DNA of 64,000 bases from Betaproteobacteria bacterium TMED22 (GCA_002167745.1 NHCB01000007.1:10403-74402); one strand, 5' to 3'; positions 40,919 through 50,139 are shown, counted from the stretch's first letter. Numbers and translations are program-made. The notes: generated from the sequence alone by a model not told the origin.

Positions 40919-42027
40919 CGGGAAACCAAAGCCCTTAGGAAGGGAAGTTTAGGCAGCGCGCGTACTATCTTCAAACTGTCTTGGATTGTGAAATCATCCG
41001 CCATAAAAGCTGCAAATTCGTCCCCTTTAAGTGATTTTGCCATCACCCTAAAAATATTTTCACCAAAGGTCGGGTTACGTCTAATCACTTCTAAAAAGAC
41101 ATCATCCATCCATGACGATAGTTTTGAATAGGGTGATTTAGACAAGGCGTTTAAATCATTAGATTTCTCGTGCCGTTTAATTTGCCTTTCAAGTCCTTGA
41201 AGGGCGTAACCTGAACTTTGACGCGCAGAGCCTGCAGCAACCCCAGCAGGTTTCCCGAAATGGACGAAGGAGACTGGACCCATTGGAATAATGCCTTTTT
41301 CCTCAAAAATTGGTGGTTCATTTTTAGAGCCAGAGTTGCAGTTGTCATTAATCCAATTCTGAGTCAAATTTCTTAATATAGATTCTTCTACAGTTGACGT
41401 TCCAAAAAGCGTTGCTTCTACTAAAACAGATTCTTGAGTGAGTGGGATGATGTAGATGAAAACCACACCGTTATGATTTATTTGAGGAATATTAAAGTCC
41501 ATAAGAATAGGGTGTTTAGCGATCTTGTGAACCTGGTCATGGTGGATCGTAATGCCATAAAACTGTTGAATTAAAGTTCGCTCTTTAAACTGAGGAGGTC
41601 GAGAATCCAGAAGATTAGTAGATGTGAAGGACCCCGATGCCGTGTCTATCTGGAAGACATCATTTGATTTTCTTTGGGTTTCAGCTAATTCCCTAACGCG
41701 GGTAAAGCCTCGTTGTTCTAGTAAATACGCCTCTAAACTTGTTTTAAAGGACAATCCGTTTAGTGCCTCGTACCAATATTCATCCGCTTGATGAATGATA
41801 TTTGTATTGTCCACCCTGAATTGCCAACTGTTCCACGTGCCTATGATGTGTTTCTGATAATGCTCAGGAGCTCGAATATTTCGCCAGCTGCATAGTGTCT
41901 GTTGCCGCTTATCTTCGGGACCCACGAGTGTGACTGGTGTACCTTGATCTATTAGATGACGAGCAATAAGAAGGCCAGAAATGCCTGCGCCAATAATAGT
42001 AACTTCAGCCCCAGAGCGATCGATCAT
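40915..42027 (-). CDS. crtY: Lycopene beta-cyclase
   Basis: 370 aa with an N-terminal FAD fold (VTIIGAGISGLLIA). It overlaps both crtB and blh by 4 nt. Confidence 0.85.
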   Translation of the reverse strand: MIDRSGAEVTIIGAGISGLLIARHLIDQGTPVTLVGPEDKRQQTLCSWRNIRAPEHYQKHIIGTWNSWQFRVDNTNIIHQADEYWYEALNGLSFKTSLEAYLLEQRGFTRVRELAETQRKSNDVFQIDTASGSFTSTNLLDSRPPQFKERTLIQQFYGITIHHDQVHKIAKHPILMDFNIPQINHNGVVFIYIIPLTQESVLVEATLFGTSTVEESILRNLTQNWINDNCNSGSKNEPPIFEEKGIIPMGPVSFVHFGKPAGVAAGSARQSSGYALQGLERQIKRHEKSNDLNALSKSPYSKLSSWMDDVFLEVIRRNPTFGENIFRVMAKSLKGDEFAAFMADDFTIQDSLKIVRALPKLPFLRALVSR

Positions 42028-42941
42028 TGATGAGTGCCAGGTAATCCATTAAGGTCTTGATGAAGGCCGATTTGGTGCATTTTAATAGTTTTTAGTGCGG
42101 GTCTGGCTGACCCTATCAACCATAAGCAAACAGGCAGTGCGCGAATTATTAACCACGCCTTTTCAAATGGCCCGATCACGGTTCTACCTTCTTGCCAATT
42201 AAGCTCATTATTTTTTAGTTTCCTAGATATTGCTCGGTAAAGTATCGCCATGATATATACGCACGGCCTCATTTTTCGAGGAAGGTAAATCAGTCCCTTC
42301 AGTCCAGATTCATAGTATATTTCTGCGAGTTTGATGACCTTATCTAAATTTTGACTTATATCGTCATTTGTAGTTTTTGTGGCGATTTCCTCGATAGTTG
42401 AACTCATCGGGATATATTTTCTGCCGAGTCTGGCGTCTTCAAGAACATCTCTTGCAATATTGGTTAACTGCATTGCGATTCCAAGGTCAACAGCGTGGAA
42501 GTCGGCTTCTCTTTCACGACACCGCATGATCTTACCCATTAGTATGCCAACGGTCCCGGCAACTGCGTAGGCGTAGCGAAGGAGTTGGGCTTTTGTGGTG
42601 AACTCAGTTGTTCCTAGATCACTTTTCAACCCTGTTAATAGTTCCTCGATGATCTCCCGATCAAGACCGCTGGTTTTGATGGCGCATACCAACTCTTTTT
42701 CTGTAACTGTTAATTCATCGGGAATTGCGCCTGCATTATTGAAGTACCGTTTTAGTTGGCACAGTAACCCTTGATTGCCATGGGTTGGGTCATCGGCTAA
42801 ATCATCGATCAATCGACAAAAAGCGTAAAGCTCAGTTGCGTGGCGTGCTTGCTGGCGCGGCAGAAAAAATGATGCAAGCCAAAAGGTTCTACCGTTTTGT
42901 CGGAGACTGTTTTTTGAAAACGAAGTTAGAGTTAAATTCAT
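42024..42941 (-). CDS. crtB: Phytoene synthase
   Basis: 305 aa with Asp-rich motifs (FCRLIDDLADD, ARDVLEDA) of the squalene/phytoene synthase family. Confidence 0.9.
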   Translation of the reverse strand: MNLTLTSFSKNSLRQNGRTFWLASFFLPRQQARHATELYAFCRLIDDLADDPTHGNQGLLCQLKRYFNNAGAIPDELTVTEKELVCAIKTSGLDREIIEELLTGLKSDLGTTEFTTKAQLLRYAYAVAGTVGILMGKIMRCREREADFHAVDLGIAMQLTNIARDVLEDARLGRKYIPMSSTIEEIATKTTNDDISQNLDKVIKLAEIYYESGLKGLIYLPRKMRPCVYIMAILYRAISRKLKNNELNWQEGRTVIGPFEKAWLIIRALPVCLWLIGSARPALKTIKMHQIGLHQDLNGLPGTHQ

Positions 42942-42971
42942 GTTTGAAACAGCCCTTTTATGCTGACCAAA

Positions 42972-44483
42972 TTACGGTTGCGTCGACTTCAGATAACGTT
43001 TTATTAATGTGTCGGTTACCTTAGCAGAACTGACGACTCCAGGCAGTCCGGCGCCAGGGTGCACGCCAGCGCCAACGAAGAAAAGATTTTTGATTTTTGG
43101 ATCTTGATTTTTGAACCGAAAATAAGCAGATTGTGAAAATAAAGGCGCTATTGAAAATCCTGCACCCCAGATACTTTTATATTCAGTTTTGAAATCTTCG
43201 GGACTCATCCAAAAATCTGACACTATATGCTTTTCTAACTGAGGCAGAATTGAATCGCTAAGCGCAGTAACGATACGTTTTTGAAGTTTTGGCCCCTCGG
43301 TATGCCAATTAGTCCCGGATTGAAGATTAGGTACTGGACATAACACATAGAAGCTATCGCAATTTTCCGGCGCGAAACTTGCGTCTGTGGCTGTAGGCCG
43401 GTGAACATAGAGTGAGAAGTCCTCGGTTAACTTCTTATGCTCAAATATGTCACGCAAAAGTTCCTTATGTCGCTTTCCTAGCCAAATGGTATGGTGAGCT
43501 ACGTCGTTATATTTTCGAGTGGTTCCGAAGTAAAGGACAAAAAGCCCCATTGAGTACTGTGTTAACGCTGCAGGCTTCATGCTCTTTGGTTTATTTAGCA
43601 TGCCCGAGAACAAATTTTGATACGCGTAGCTGGGGTCACCGTTGTAGACAACGAGATCTGCGTTTATTTTATTTCCATGGATATCAATCACCTCGGTTAC
43701 TCGCTTTGCGTGATGATCGATATTTATGGTTGCTACGTCAAAGTTAGTTTTTATTTCAACGCCTTCTTCTCGCATAAGTGTTTCCAAAGCGCTTACAAGG
43801 GCAGTAGTGCCCCCCATGATGAAATGAATACCCCACTTGCGCTCAAGGTAGTGTATTAATGCGTAAATCGACGTCGTTGAATAGGGGTTACCTCCTACAA
43901 GTAACGGATGCATTGAGAATACTTTTCGCAAGTATGGATTTTTTATGTACGAGGCAACCAGTTGGTAAACCGTTTTATAGCTCCGAAGTCGGATAAGTTG
44001 GGGAATCAGTTTGACCATTTGGAAAAACGAGGTAAATGGCTTAGCCGCAAGTTGCGTAAATCCTATTTCGAATATCTTTTCTGAGGTTTCTAGGAGTGTT
44101 TTATAGCCGACAATATCTTTTTCTTCAAATTTACGAATCTCTTCGTAAGTGTGTTCTAGATCGCCGGAATACGTAAATGTTTTCTTGTCCTCGAACACAA
44201 ATTTGTACCAAGTCTCGAGTGCGACAGATGTGTAATAGTCGTCTGCCTTCTTGCCGAATAGACCAAAAAGTTCTTCGAATAGGAAGGGTGCAGTGATTAC
44301 GGTCGGACCCGCGTCGTGTTTGAACCCATCTTTTTCGAAGGTTTGAGCCCGCCCTCCCAGCCCAGAAAGGCGATCTAGTAATGTTACATCGTGACCATCA
44401 GCTCGAGCACGTAATGCAGCTGCAATACCACCGAATCCGGCGCCAACGACGACTACTTTTTTATTTGTTTCTGAATTAGGCAT
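42972..44483 (-). CDS. crtI: Phytoene desaturase
   Basis: 503 aa with an N-terminal dinucleotide fold (VVVVGAGFGGIAAA) and the C-terminal motif FFVGAGVHPGAGLPGV. Confidence 0.92.
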   Translation of the reverse strand: MPNSETNKKVVVVGAGFGGIAAALRARADGHDVTLLDRLSGLGGRAQTFEKDGFKHDAGPTVITAPFLFEELFGLFGKKADDYYTSVALETWYKFVFEDKKTFTYSGDLEHTYEEIRKFEEKDIVGYKTLLETSEKIFEIGFTQLAAKPFTSFFQMVKLIPQLIRLRSYKTVYQLVASYIKNPYLRKVFSMHPLLVGGNPYSTTSIYALIHYLERKWGIHFIMGGTTALVSALETLMREEGVEIKTNFDVATINIDHHAKRVTEVIDIHGNKINADLVVYNGDPSYAYQNLFSGMLNKPKSMKPAALTQYSMGLFVLYFGTTRKYNDVAHHTIWLGKRHKELLRDIFEHKKLTEDFSLYVHRPTATDASFAPENCDSFYVLCPVPNLQSGTNWHTEGPKLQKRIVTALSDSILPQLEKHIVSDFWMSPEDFKTEYKSIWGAGFSIAPLFSQSAYFRFKNQDPKIKNLFFVGAGVHPGAGLPGVVSSAKVTDTLIKRYLKSTQP

Positions 44484-44894
44484 GCTGTGACCTTTGTTTG
44501 AGTTTTGATCCTCTCAAAATTCTGATGATTCAGGCTTAACTCTTTTCTTAAGATATAGCTCTAAATTTTACTTATAAAGCAATGTTTACATGTAATTATC
44601 TTTCAATATTTTGCATTTAAAATATTTTAATTTATCTCCTCAAGCGTCCCGCACTAACGGATCGTGAAGGCAACATTAGAATGAGTAAGATACCACTGAG
44701 TAGGCCATTCAACACAAAAGTTCAGTGATGTTTATCTCAAAACGAAAAGAAGCAAGAAATTCCTAAAGAAATAAGCTATGATCTGAAAGTCGCGACGGTT
44801 CCGCAGGCTGGCTACAAACTGCTAAAACAAAAACTAAAGCGTAATCCCAGCGAAAATTAAAACTAAACAATTTAATTTATTTGGAGATCAACAT

Positions 44895-45659
44895 ATGAAC
44901 GTAAAACAAAAAATTGGTGCGGGTGTAGTCGGTATGCTTACCGCTCAATCAGCTTTTGCGGAGACCATGATGCTCGAATCAGGAGACTTCGTTGGTTACT
45001 CGTTTTGGCTAATTTCAATGGCGCTTGCGGCTGCTACTATCTTTTTCTTGATGGAAGCACTGAAAATCGGCGGCAAGTGGGCGACATCGCTAACGGTTAG
45101 CGCCCTCGTTACCTTCATCGCAGCATTTCACTATATGTATATGCGGGAAGTATGGGTTGCCACCGGGGATACACCAACGGACCTCAGATACATTGACTGG
45201 CTCCTGACGGTTCCATTATTGATGATCGAGTTCTACTTAATCCTTGCAGCGATCACTAAAGTGTCTGGGGGTATCTTCTGGAGACTTTTAGTCGGTACTC
45301 TAGTTATGCTCGTTCCTGGTTATATGGGCGAAGCGGGTTACATGGACGTGACCGTCGGTTTTGTTATCGGGCTGATCGGCTGGGCTTACATTCTCTATGA
45401 GATCTTCGCGGGTGAGGCGAGTAAAGTTGCTGCAGCTCAGGCATCTGCTGCTGTTAAAAAGGCTTATGCTTTAATGAAGTGGACAGTCACGCTTGGTTGG
45501 GCGATTTATCCAATTGGATATTTCCTAGGGTATTTAGCAGGCGGCACCGATGTTGGCACTTTGAATATCGTGTACAACCTAGCAGATGTGCTCAATAAAA
45601 TCGCGTTCGGTCTGTTTATTTGGTGGGCAGCGAACGAGGAGTACTCAGCAAGATCGTAG
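44895..45659 (+). CDS. Proteorhodopsin, green-absorbing type proton pump
   Basis: 254 aa, colinear with SAR86 GPR. It has a signal peptide (..SAFA/E), FHYMYMR, RYIDWLLTVPLLMIEFYLIL (D101/T105/E112, equivalent to the D97/T101/E108 DTE motif), Leu109 at the tuning site (GPR L105) and the Schiff-base Lys in NLADVLNKIAFG. Confidence 0.95.
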   Translation: MNVKQKIGAGVVGMLTAQSAFAETMMLESGDFVGYSFWLISMALAAATIFFLMEALKIGGKWATSLTVSALVTFIAAFHYMYMREVWVATGDTPTDLRYIDWLLTVPLLMIEFYLILAAITKVSGGIFWRLLVGTLVMLVPGYMGEAGYMDVTVGFVIGLIGWAYILYEIFAGEASKVAAAQASAAVKKAYALMKWTVTLGWAIYPIGYFLGYLAGGTDVGTLNIVYNLADVLNKIAFGLFIWWAANEEYSARS

Positions 45660-45717
45660 CTTGAGTTTGTAGTTACGGATTGGTAAATGCTCTGATCCGT
45701 AATACTTACAATTAAGA

Positions 45718-45754
45718 AACCAGACTGTCCACTTGGGCTAGTCTGGTTTTTTTT
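45718..45754 (+). terminator. Rho-independent terminator after proteorhodopsin
   Basis: AACCAGACT (45718-45726) pairs with AGTCTGGTT (45740-45748), then a T-run to 45754. Confidence 0.8.
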
Positions 45755-45804
45755 ATTTAATATTGTTTGAAATAAAGAGATGTCAAAAGATATTAAAACG
45801 CCGT

Positions 45805-45839
45805 AAAAAAGGGTCTTTTATGTGACCATAAAAGACCCT
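45805..45839 (-). terminator. Rho-independent terminator of the minus-strand hydrolase gene
   Basis: GGGTCTTTTA (45811-45820) pairs with TAAAAGACCC (45830-45839). The A-run at 45805-45810 gives the T-tail on the minus strand. Confidence 0.7.
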
Positions 45840-45875
45840 ATCTCAAAAATTGCTACTTTTTTAATTTTAAGACAA

Positions 45876-47021
45876 TCACCCGATCTTTTTGAGGAAAGCC
45901 TTAAGCTGATCATCAATAAACTTGATATCTTCTTTGCTTCCAGCCAGTTCGGTCATGCATCCAACTAAATGTCCGTAGTCTGACTCGATTGGAATAAGCT
46001 TTGCGTCTGGCATCTCTGCGACCTCAGGCACATTATCCCTTGGTGGAAAGCATATATCGGTCGTGCTTGGCATAACTAAAGCAGGACATTTAATATTAGC
46101 CAAGGCTTTTTTCCAATCACCACCAAATTGCGAGTGGTTGCCTGGATCACCGGCTTGCCATTTTTTAACCATGCTCAGTAGATCGTTTGCATCTAGACTG
46201 TTAAAGTAACCATTAAAGAATTCACGATAGGCTTGCAGGTCTTTGTGCTCTCCAAAAGTCTTTAAATGTAAACCCTCCTTGTAATATACGTCCGCACAGT
46301 ACTGTGAAATATAGTTTTGGGCGAAAGCGTTTATACCCTGTGTAGGCGCGTCCGTGTATGCGCCCCCATTAAATGCTGGATCTAATTCTAGTGCGTTAAC
46401 GCAACCCTCTAAAGCCATCCAATTCTGAGTTGTTGTCTTAGCCGTTCCGCACAGCGGAACGATACCGCCTGTTTTCGAGCCATGAAGCGCACCCCAATGA
46501 AACGCTTGCTGCGCACCCATTGAGAAGCCGAAGTACAGTAATGGATTGTTTATGCCGAAATATTCAGTTATCAGCTTATTTTGGGCATTGATGTCATCGT
46601 AGTAGTGAATTGCAGGAAAGTTGGCTGCACCTTGATCGTTTGAGTGGTTACTTGGTGAGGAGGAGTGGCCACTGCTTATTTGGCATGCTGTGATAATTGC
46701 ATATTGAGTAGGGTCTAGCGCCCGGCCTACACCATATGCCATCGAGTTAAAATTGTGGCTCCCCGTAAAACACGTCGGAAAAATAATCGCATTATCTTTA
46801 GCGGAATTAAGTGTGCCTTGGATATCTACCAACAAATATGCATCTTTCAGTACCTCACCGTTGTGAAGCTTGAAGTCACCTAAAGGGAAATTAAATGTTT
46901 CCTGGCTCCAGGGTTTTTCCTCCTGAGCGAATGCAGAGCCTATACCGAAGGGGTTCAGGTTCGCGATGGCAGTTAAGGACAACGCTTTAATACTGGTATC
47001 AATAAAATCTCTTCTATCCAT
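45876..47021 (-). CDS. Alpha/beta-fold hydrolase (MetX/homoserine O-acetyltransferase-like) with a twin-arginine signal
   Basis: It has a GxSxG nucleophile (GFSMGAQQA) and the Tat motif MDRRDFIDTS...SAFA/QE. I place the start at ATG 47021, preceded by GAGGAG; the track start at 47081 is an upstream extension. Confidence 0.7.
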   Translation of the reverse strand: MDRRDFIDTSIKALSLTAIANLNPFGIGSAFAQEEKPWSQETFNFPLGDFKLHNGEVLKDAYLLVDIQGTLNSAKDNAIIFPTCFTGSHNFNSMAYGVGRALDPTQYAIITACQISSGHSSSPSNHSNDQGAANFPAIHYYDDINAQNKLITEYFGINNPLLYFGFSMGAQQAFHWGALHGSKTGGIVPLCGTAKTTTQNWMALEGCVNALELDPAFNGGAYTDAPTQGINAFAQNYISQYCADVYYKEGLHLKTFGEHKDLQAYREFFNGYFNSLDANDLLSMVKKWQAGDPGNHSQFGGDWKKALANIKCPALVMPSTTDICFPPRDNVPEVAEMPDAKLIPIESDYGHLVGCMTELAGSKEDIKFIDDQLKAFLKKIG

Positions 47022-47295
47022 TTTTTTCTCCTCATTATGGTAATAGTAAAATTGGAACGAGTGTTTATCTTTATATAACAAGCTACCATTGCTATATAAA
47101 ATATATATTACACGCTATGTGTTTTTTATGCGACTGTGTTGATATCCCACTTCTCATGCCGTATAAACAAAAACCTGACACAGTATTCGCAACTAAAAAC
47201 TGGATGTCGTGGATATTGGCTTTACGTGCTTTAATCAGAGCTCGTTTAACGAACTTCCTCGCTGCTAGCACTGAAAATCGTGTTTAATAGAGTCT

Positions 47296-47703
47296 ATGCC
47301 TAAGAAAACAGTGCAACCTCAATTACCTTCAAATCGCGTGTTTGGTTACTTTTTCGCATTTATATTTGGAGCAGCGGGAGTCTATTTTGGCATCAAGTCG
47401 ATCTCCATTGTCAGTACCGTATTGATTCTTCTGGGGTTTCTGTTCATTGCTGCTGCCGTGTTTAAATCGGATTGGCTATTACCTCTTAACCGACTTTGGA
47501 TGAAGTTTGGGATCGTTTTAGGCCATGTCATCAGTCCAATAGTCATGGGGGTTATTTATTTTGGTCTGTTCATGCCCGTAGGAATAACGATGCGTCTTTT
47601 TAAGCGTGACGAACTGCGGCTGAAAATTAAGTCACGTAGAACACATTGGAAATCTAGATCCAAACAGATTCGAAATTTAGACACGTTTAAAAATCAATTT
47701 TAG
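47296..47703 (+). CDS. SxtJ family membrane protein
   Basis: 135 aa with 3-4 TM helices, motifs SNR.FG, PLNRLWMKFG..LG...SPIVMG.IYF and the C-terminal KNQF. It is positioned upstream of a carbamoyltransferase. Confidence 0.65.
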   Translation: MPKKTVQPQLPSNRVFGYFFAFIFGAAGVYFGIKSISIVSTVLILLGFLFIAAAVFKSDWLLPLNRLWMKFGIVLGHVISPIVMGVIYFGLFMPVGITMRLFKRDELRLKIKSRRTHWKSRSKQIRNLDTFKNQF

Positions 47704-47714
47704 AGCGAGGATCA

Positions 47715-47867
47715 ATGATCGACATACTAAAAGAGTTATGGCTTTTTTTACGGGTCCGCAAGAAGCTATGGATGGCGCCAATCATTTTCGTGATGGTTAT
47801 CCTGGGTGGATTATTAGTTCTCGCACAGGGTTCCGTAGTTGCCCCCTTTATATATACGCTGTTCTAA
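47715..47867 (+). CDS. DUF5989 (SxtK-like) small membrane protein
   Basis: This 50-aa ORF was found by hand and is below the track cut-off: MIDILKELWLFLRVRKKLWMAPIIFVMVILGGLLVLAQGSVVAPFIYTLF*. It has a GAGG RBS 8 nt upstream and matches the conserved small ORF that accompanies these carbamoyltransferases. Confidence 0.65.
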   Translation: MIDILKELWLFLRVRKKLWMAPIIFVMVILGGLLVLAQGSVVAPFIYTLF

Positions 47868-47884
47868 TTAACAGTTATTCCGAT

Positions 47885-49720
47885 ATGTATATCTTAGGGA
47901 TCTCAGCGTTTTATCACGACAGCGCTGCATGCATACTTAAAGACGGTCAGATTATAGCCGCTGCTCAAGAGGAGCGGTTTAGCCGCGTGAAGCACGATTC
48001 CTCATTTCCATCTAGCGCGGTAGAGTATTGCATCCGTGAAGCTGGCATTTCTCCTGCAGAGATAAATGGAGTAGTCTTTTATGAAAAACCGTTTGTAAAG
48101 TTTGAACGTTTGCTTGAGACGTATCTGGCGTTCGCACCACGAGGGTTCAAGAGCTTTTTATCATCAATGCCGGTTTGGATTAAAGAAAAATTATTCCAAA
48201 AAAATAACCTCATAAAAAATCTATCGCGAACGCTGGGTGGTTCGGTCAATTGGGGGGAGCGGTTGCTATTTTCTGAACACCATCTTTCGCACGCGGCAAG
48301 CGCTTTTTATCCATCGCCATTTCAGGATGCAGCAATCTTGACGATAGACGGCGTCGGTGAGTGGACAACGACGTCTTGGGCAACAGGATCTGGTGGCTCG
48401 ATAATCGTTGAAAAAGAAATTCATTTTCCACATTCGCTTGGACTGTTGTACTCGGCCTTCACGTACTACACTGGATTTAAGGTTAATTCAGGCGAGTACA
48501 AGGTTATGGGACTCGCTCCGTACGGAACACCAAAGTATGCGAACCTCATAACTGAAAATCTTCTTCATATTACTGATGATGGAAGTTATCAGATTGATAT
48601 GACATATTTTGATTACGCGACCGGATTGGCCATGACCAATGAGAAATTTGATCAGCTCTTTGGTGGCCCGCCAAGATCTCCAGAAGGCAAGTTGACCCAA
48701 CGTGACATGGACTTAGCAGCTTCCATACAGGAAGTTACTGAGGATGTTGTGCTGCGCATTGCAAAGAACATTGCGCAAGAATCTGGCCAAAGAAACTTAT
48801 GCCTCGCTGGAGGAGTTGCGCTCAACTGTGTCGCTAATGGTCGCTTGGTTCGAGAAAAGGTATTCGATAACATTTGGATTCAACCAGCATCTGGCGATGC
48901 AGGAGGAGCGCTCGGTGCGGCAATGTGTGCGTGGCATTTGCATTTTGGAATGGAACGAGTACCGGCCGCTAAAGATACGATGATCGGTGGCTATTTGGGA
49001 CCAAGTTTTAGTGACGAAGAAATTGAGGAGCAGCTGGATAAAAGCGGCATGATCTACCATAAGCTAGATGATGAGCGCTTTATTGATACAGTCGCCGAGG
49101 CGTTAGCCAACGATCAGGCGGTAGGTTGGATGCAAGGAAGAATGGAGTTTGGTCCAAGGGCGCTTGGTGCGCGAAGTATTATTGCCAATCCGCGTTCACC
49201 GAATATGCAGAAAAAATTAAATCTCAAAGTTAAATATCGAGAAAGTTTTCGCCCCTTCGCTCCGAGCGTGCTGCGCGAATATGTATCTGACTGGTTTGAA
49301 TACGACGGAGATAGTCCTTACATGCTTCTGGTGGCCGGAGTCGCAGAAGACAAACGTTTAAAGGTTTCTGATAGGACCGATGATCTATTTGGCATTGATA
49401 AACTTAATGTGCCACGTTCTGAAGTGCCTGCCATCACCCATGTCGATTATTCCGCTCGGATTCAGACAGTGGATGGGGTGGCAAATCCTCGCTATCGAGA
49501 TCTAATAGCTAAGTTTCACGAAAAAACTCATATTCCTATGCTCGTGAATACGTCATTCAATGTTCGAGGTGAGCCAATAGTGTGTTCGCCAAATGACGCA
49601 TTAAAATGCTTTATGGGCACGGAACTAGACATCTTAGCGATCGGTAGTTTTGTACTTTATAAAGAGGAACAAGTTAATGTTCCTAAGTCTGTTTATGATC
49701 ATGAGTATGAGCTTGACTAG
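47885..49720 (+). CDS. Carbamoyltransferase, NodU/CmcH/SxtI family
   Basis: The N-terminus is MYILGISAFYHDSAAC (ASKHA/Kae1-like domain) and the C-terminal part is a YrdC-like carbamoyl-AMP domain. I place the start at ATG 47885; the track's 47738 start reads through the DUF5989 gene in another frame. Confidence 0.88.
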   Translation: MYILGISAFYHDSAACILKDGQIIAAAQEERFSRVKHDSSFPSSAVEYCIREAGISPAEINGVVFYEKPFVKFERLLETYLAFAPRGFKSFLSSMPVWIKEKLFQKNNLIKNLSRTLGGSVNWGERLLFSEHHLSHAASAFYPSPFQDAAILTIDGVGEWTTTSWATGSGGSIIVEKEIHFPHSLGLLYSAFTYYTGFKVNSGEYKVMGLAPYGTPKYANLITENLLHITDDGSYQIDMTYFDYATGLAMTNEKFDQLFGGPPRSPEGKLTQRDMDLAASIQEVTEDVVLRIAKNIAQESGQRNLCLAGGVALNCVANGRLVREKVFDNIWIQPASGDAGGALGAAMCAWHLHFGMERVPAAKDTMIGGYLGPSFSDEEIEEQLDKSGMIYHKLDDERFIDTVAEALANDQAVGWMQGRMEFGPRALGARSIIANPRSPNMQKKLNLKVKYRESFRPFAPSVLREYVSDWFEYDGDSPYMLLVAGVAEDKRLKVSDRTDDLFGIDKLNVPRSEVPAITHVDYSARIQTVDGVANPRYRDLIAKFHEKTHIPMLVNTSFNVRGEPIVCSPNDALKCFMGTELDILAIGSFVLYKEEQVNVPKSVYDHEYELD

Positions 49721-49758
49721 TTTTTCTCGATCTAATCATCATTGGAAGTTAAGAGTGA

Positions 49759-50139
49759 CTAGTCAGCATCACATCGATGCAGATCAGCATGCTCAACCGC
49801 CTCTTTCCTGAGTAGCATATTGCGCTCTGAAGCAGGCGCACTCATGACCTTCAGAAAGGCGCGATGTGATGGATACCAAATCCCGATTGCCTCATGGATA
49901 TTTTGTGAGCCGACAAGTGTTCCATGTACTTTAGTTCTCCACTTAATTTTACCTCCAACTTCGGAGAGTAGCTGATCAAGAACTACCATATATTCCTTGT
50001 ATAGTTTCCCGTCGGGATATTGTGCTTTCGGTCGATATCGATTTAAATTTAACATCAGGACGGGTCTGTCGTCATTGGATTCGGCGATTTTCTTAAAATT
50101 TTCAATTTCCTCATTATTCGTGTTTGGTAAGTTTGCCAT
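49759..50139 (-). CDS. DUF1330 domain protein (dimeric alpha/beta-barrel)
   Basis: 126 aa with PVLMLNLNRYR and a later W.S..AF motif, typical of DUF1330. Confidence 0.6.
   Translation of the reverse strand: MANLPNTNNEEIENFKKIAESNDDRPVLMLNLNRYRPKAQYPDGKLYKEYMVVLDQLLSEVGGKIKWRTKVHGTLVGSQNIHEAIGIWYPSHRAFLKVMSAPASERNMLLRKEAVEHADLHRCDAD

Noticed and set aside
45673-45700. A second inverted repeat (TTACGGAT...GATCCGTAA) lies just after the proteorhodopsin stop.
   Set aside because: It has no T-run. The canonical terminator at 45718-45754 follows it, so it may merely stabilise the transcript 3' region. There is not enough evidence to call it a separate element.
47738-47884. The ORF track gives the carbamoyltransferase a 49-codon N-terminal extension (MAFFTGPQEAMDGANHF...).
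   Set aside because: The extension overlaps the conserved 50-aa DUF5989 ORF in another frame. The family N-terminus MYILGISAFYHDSAA begins at ATG 47885.
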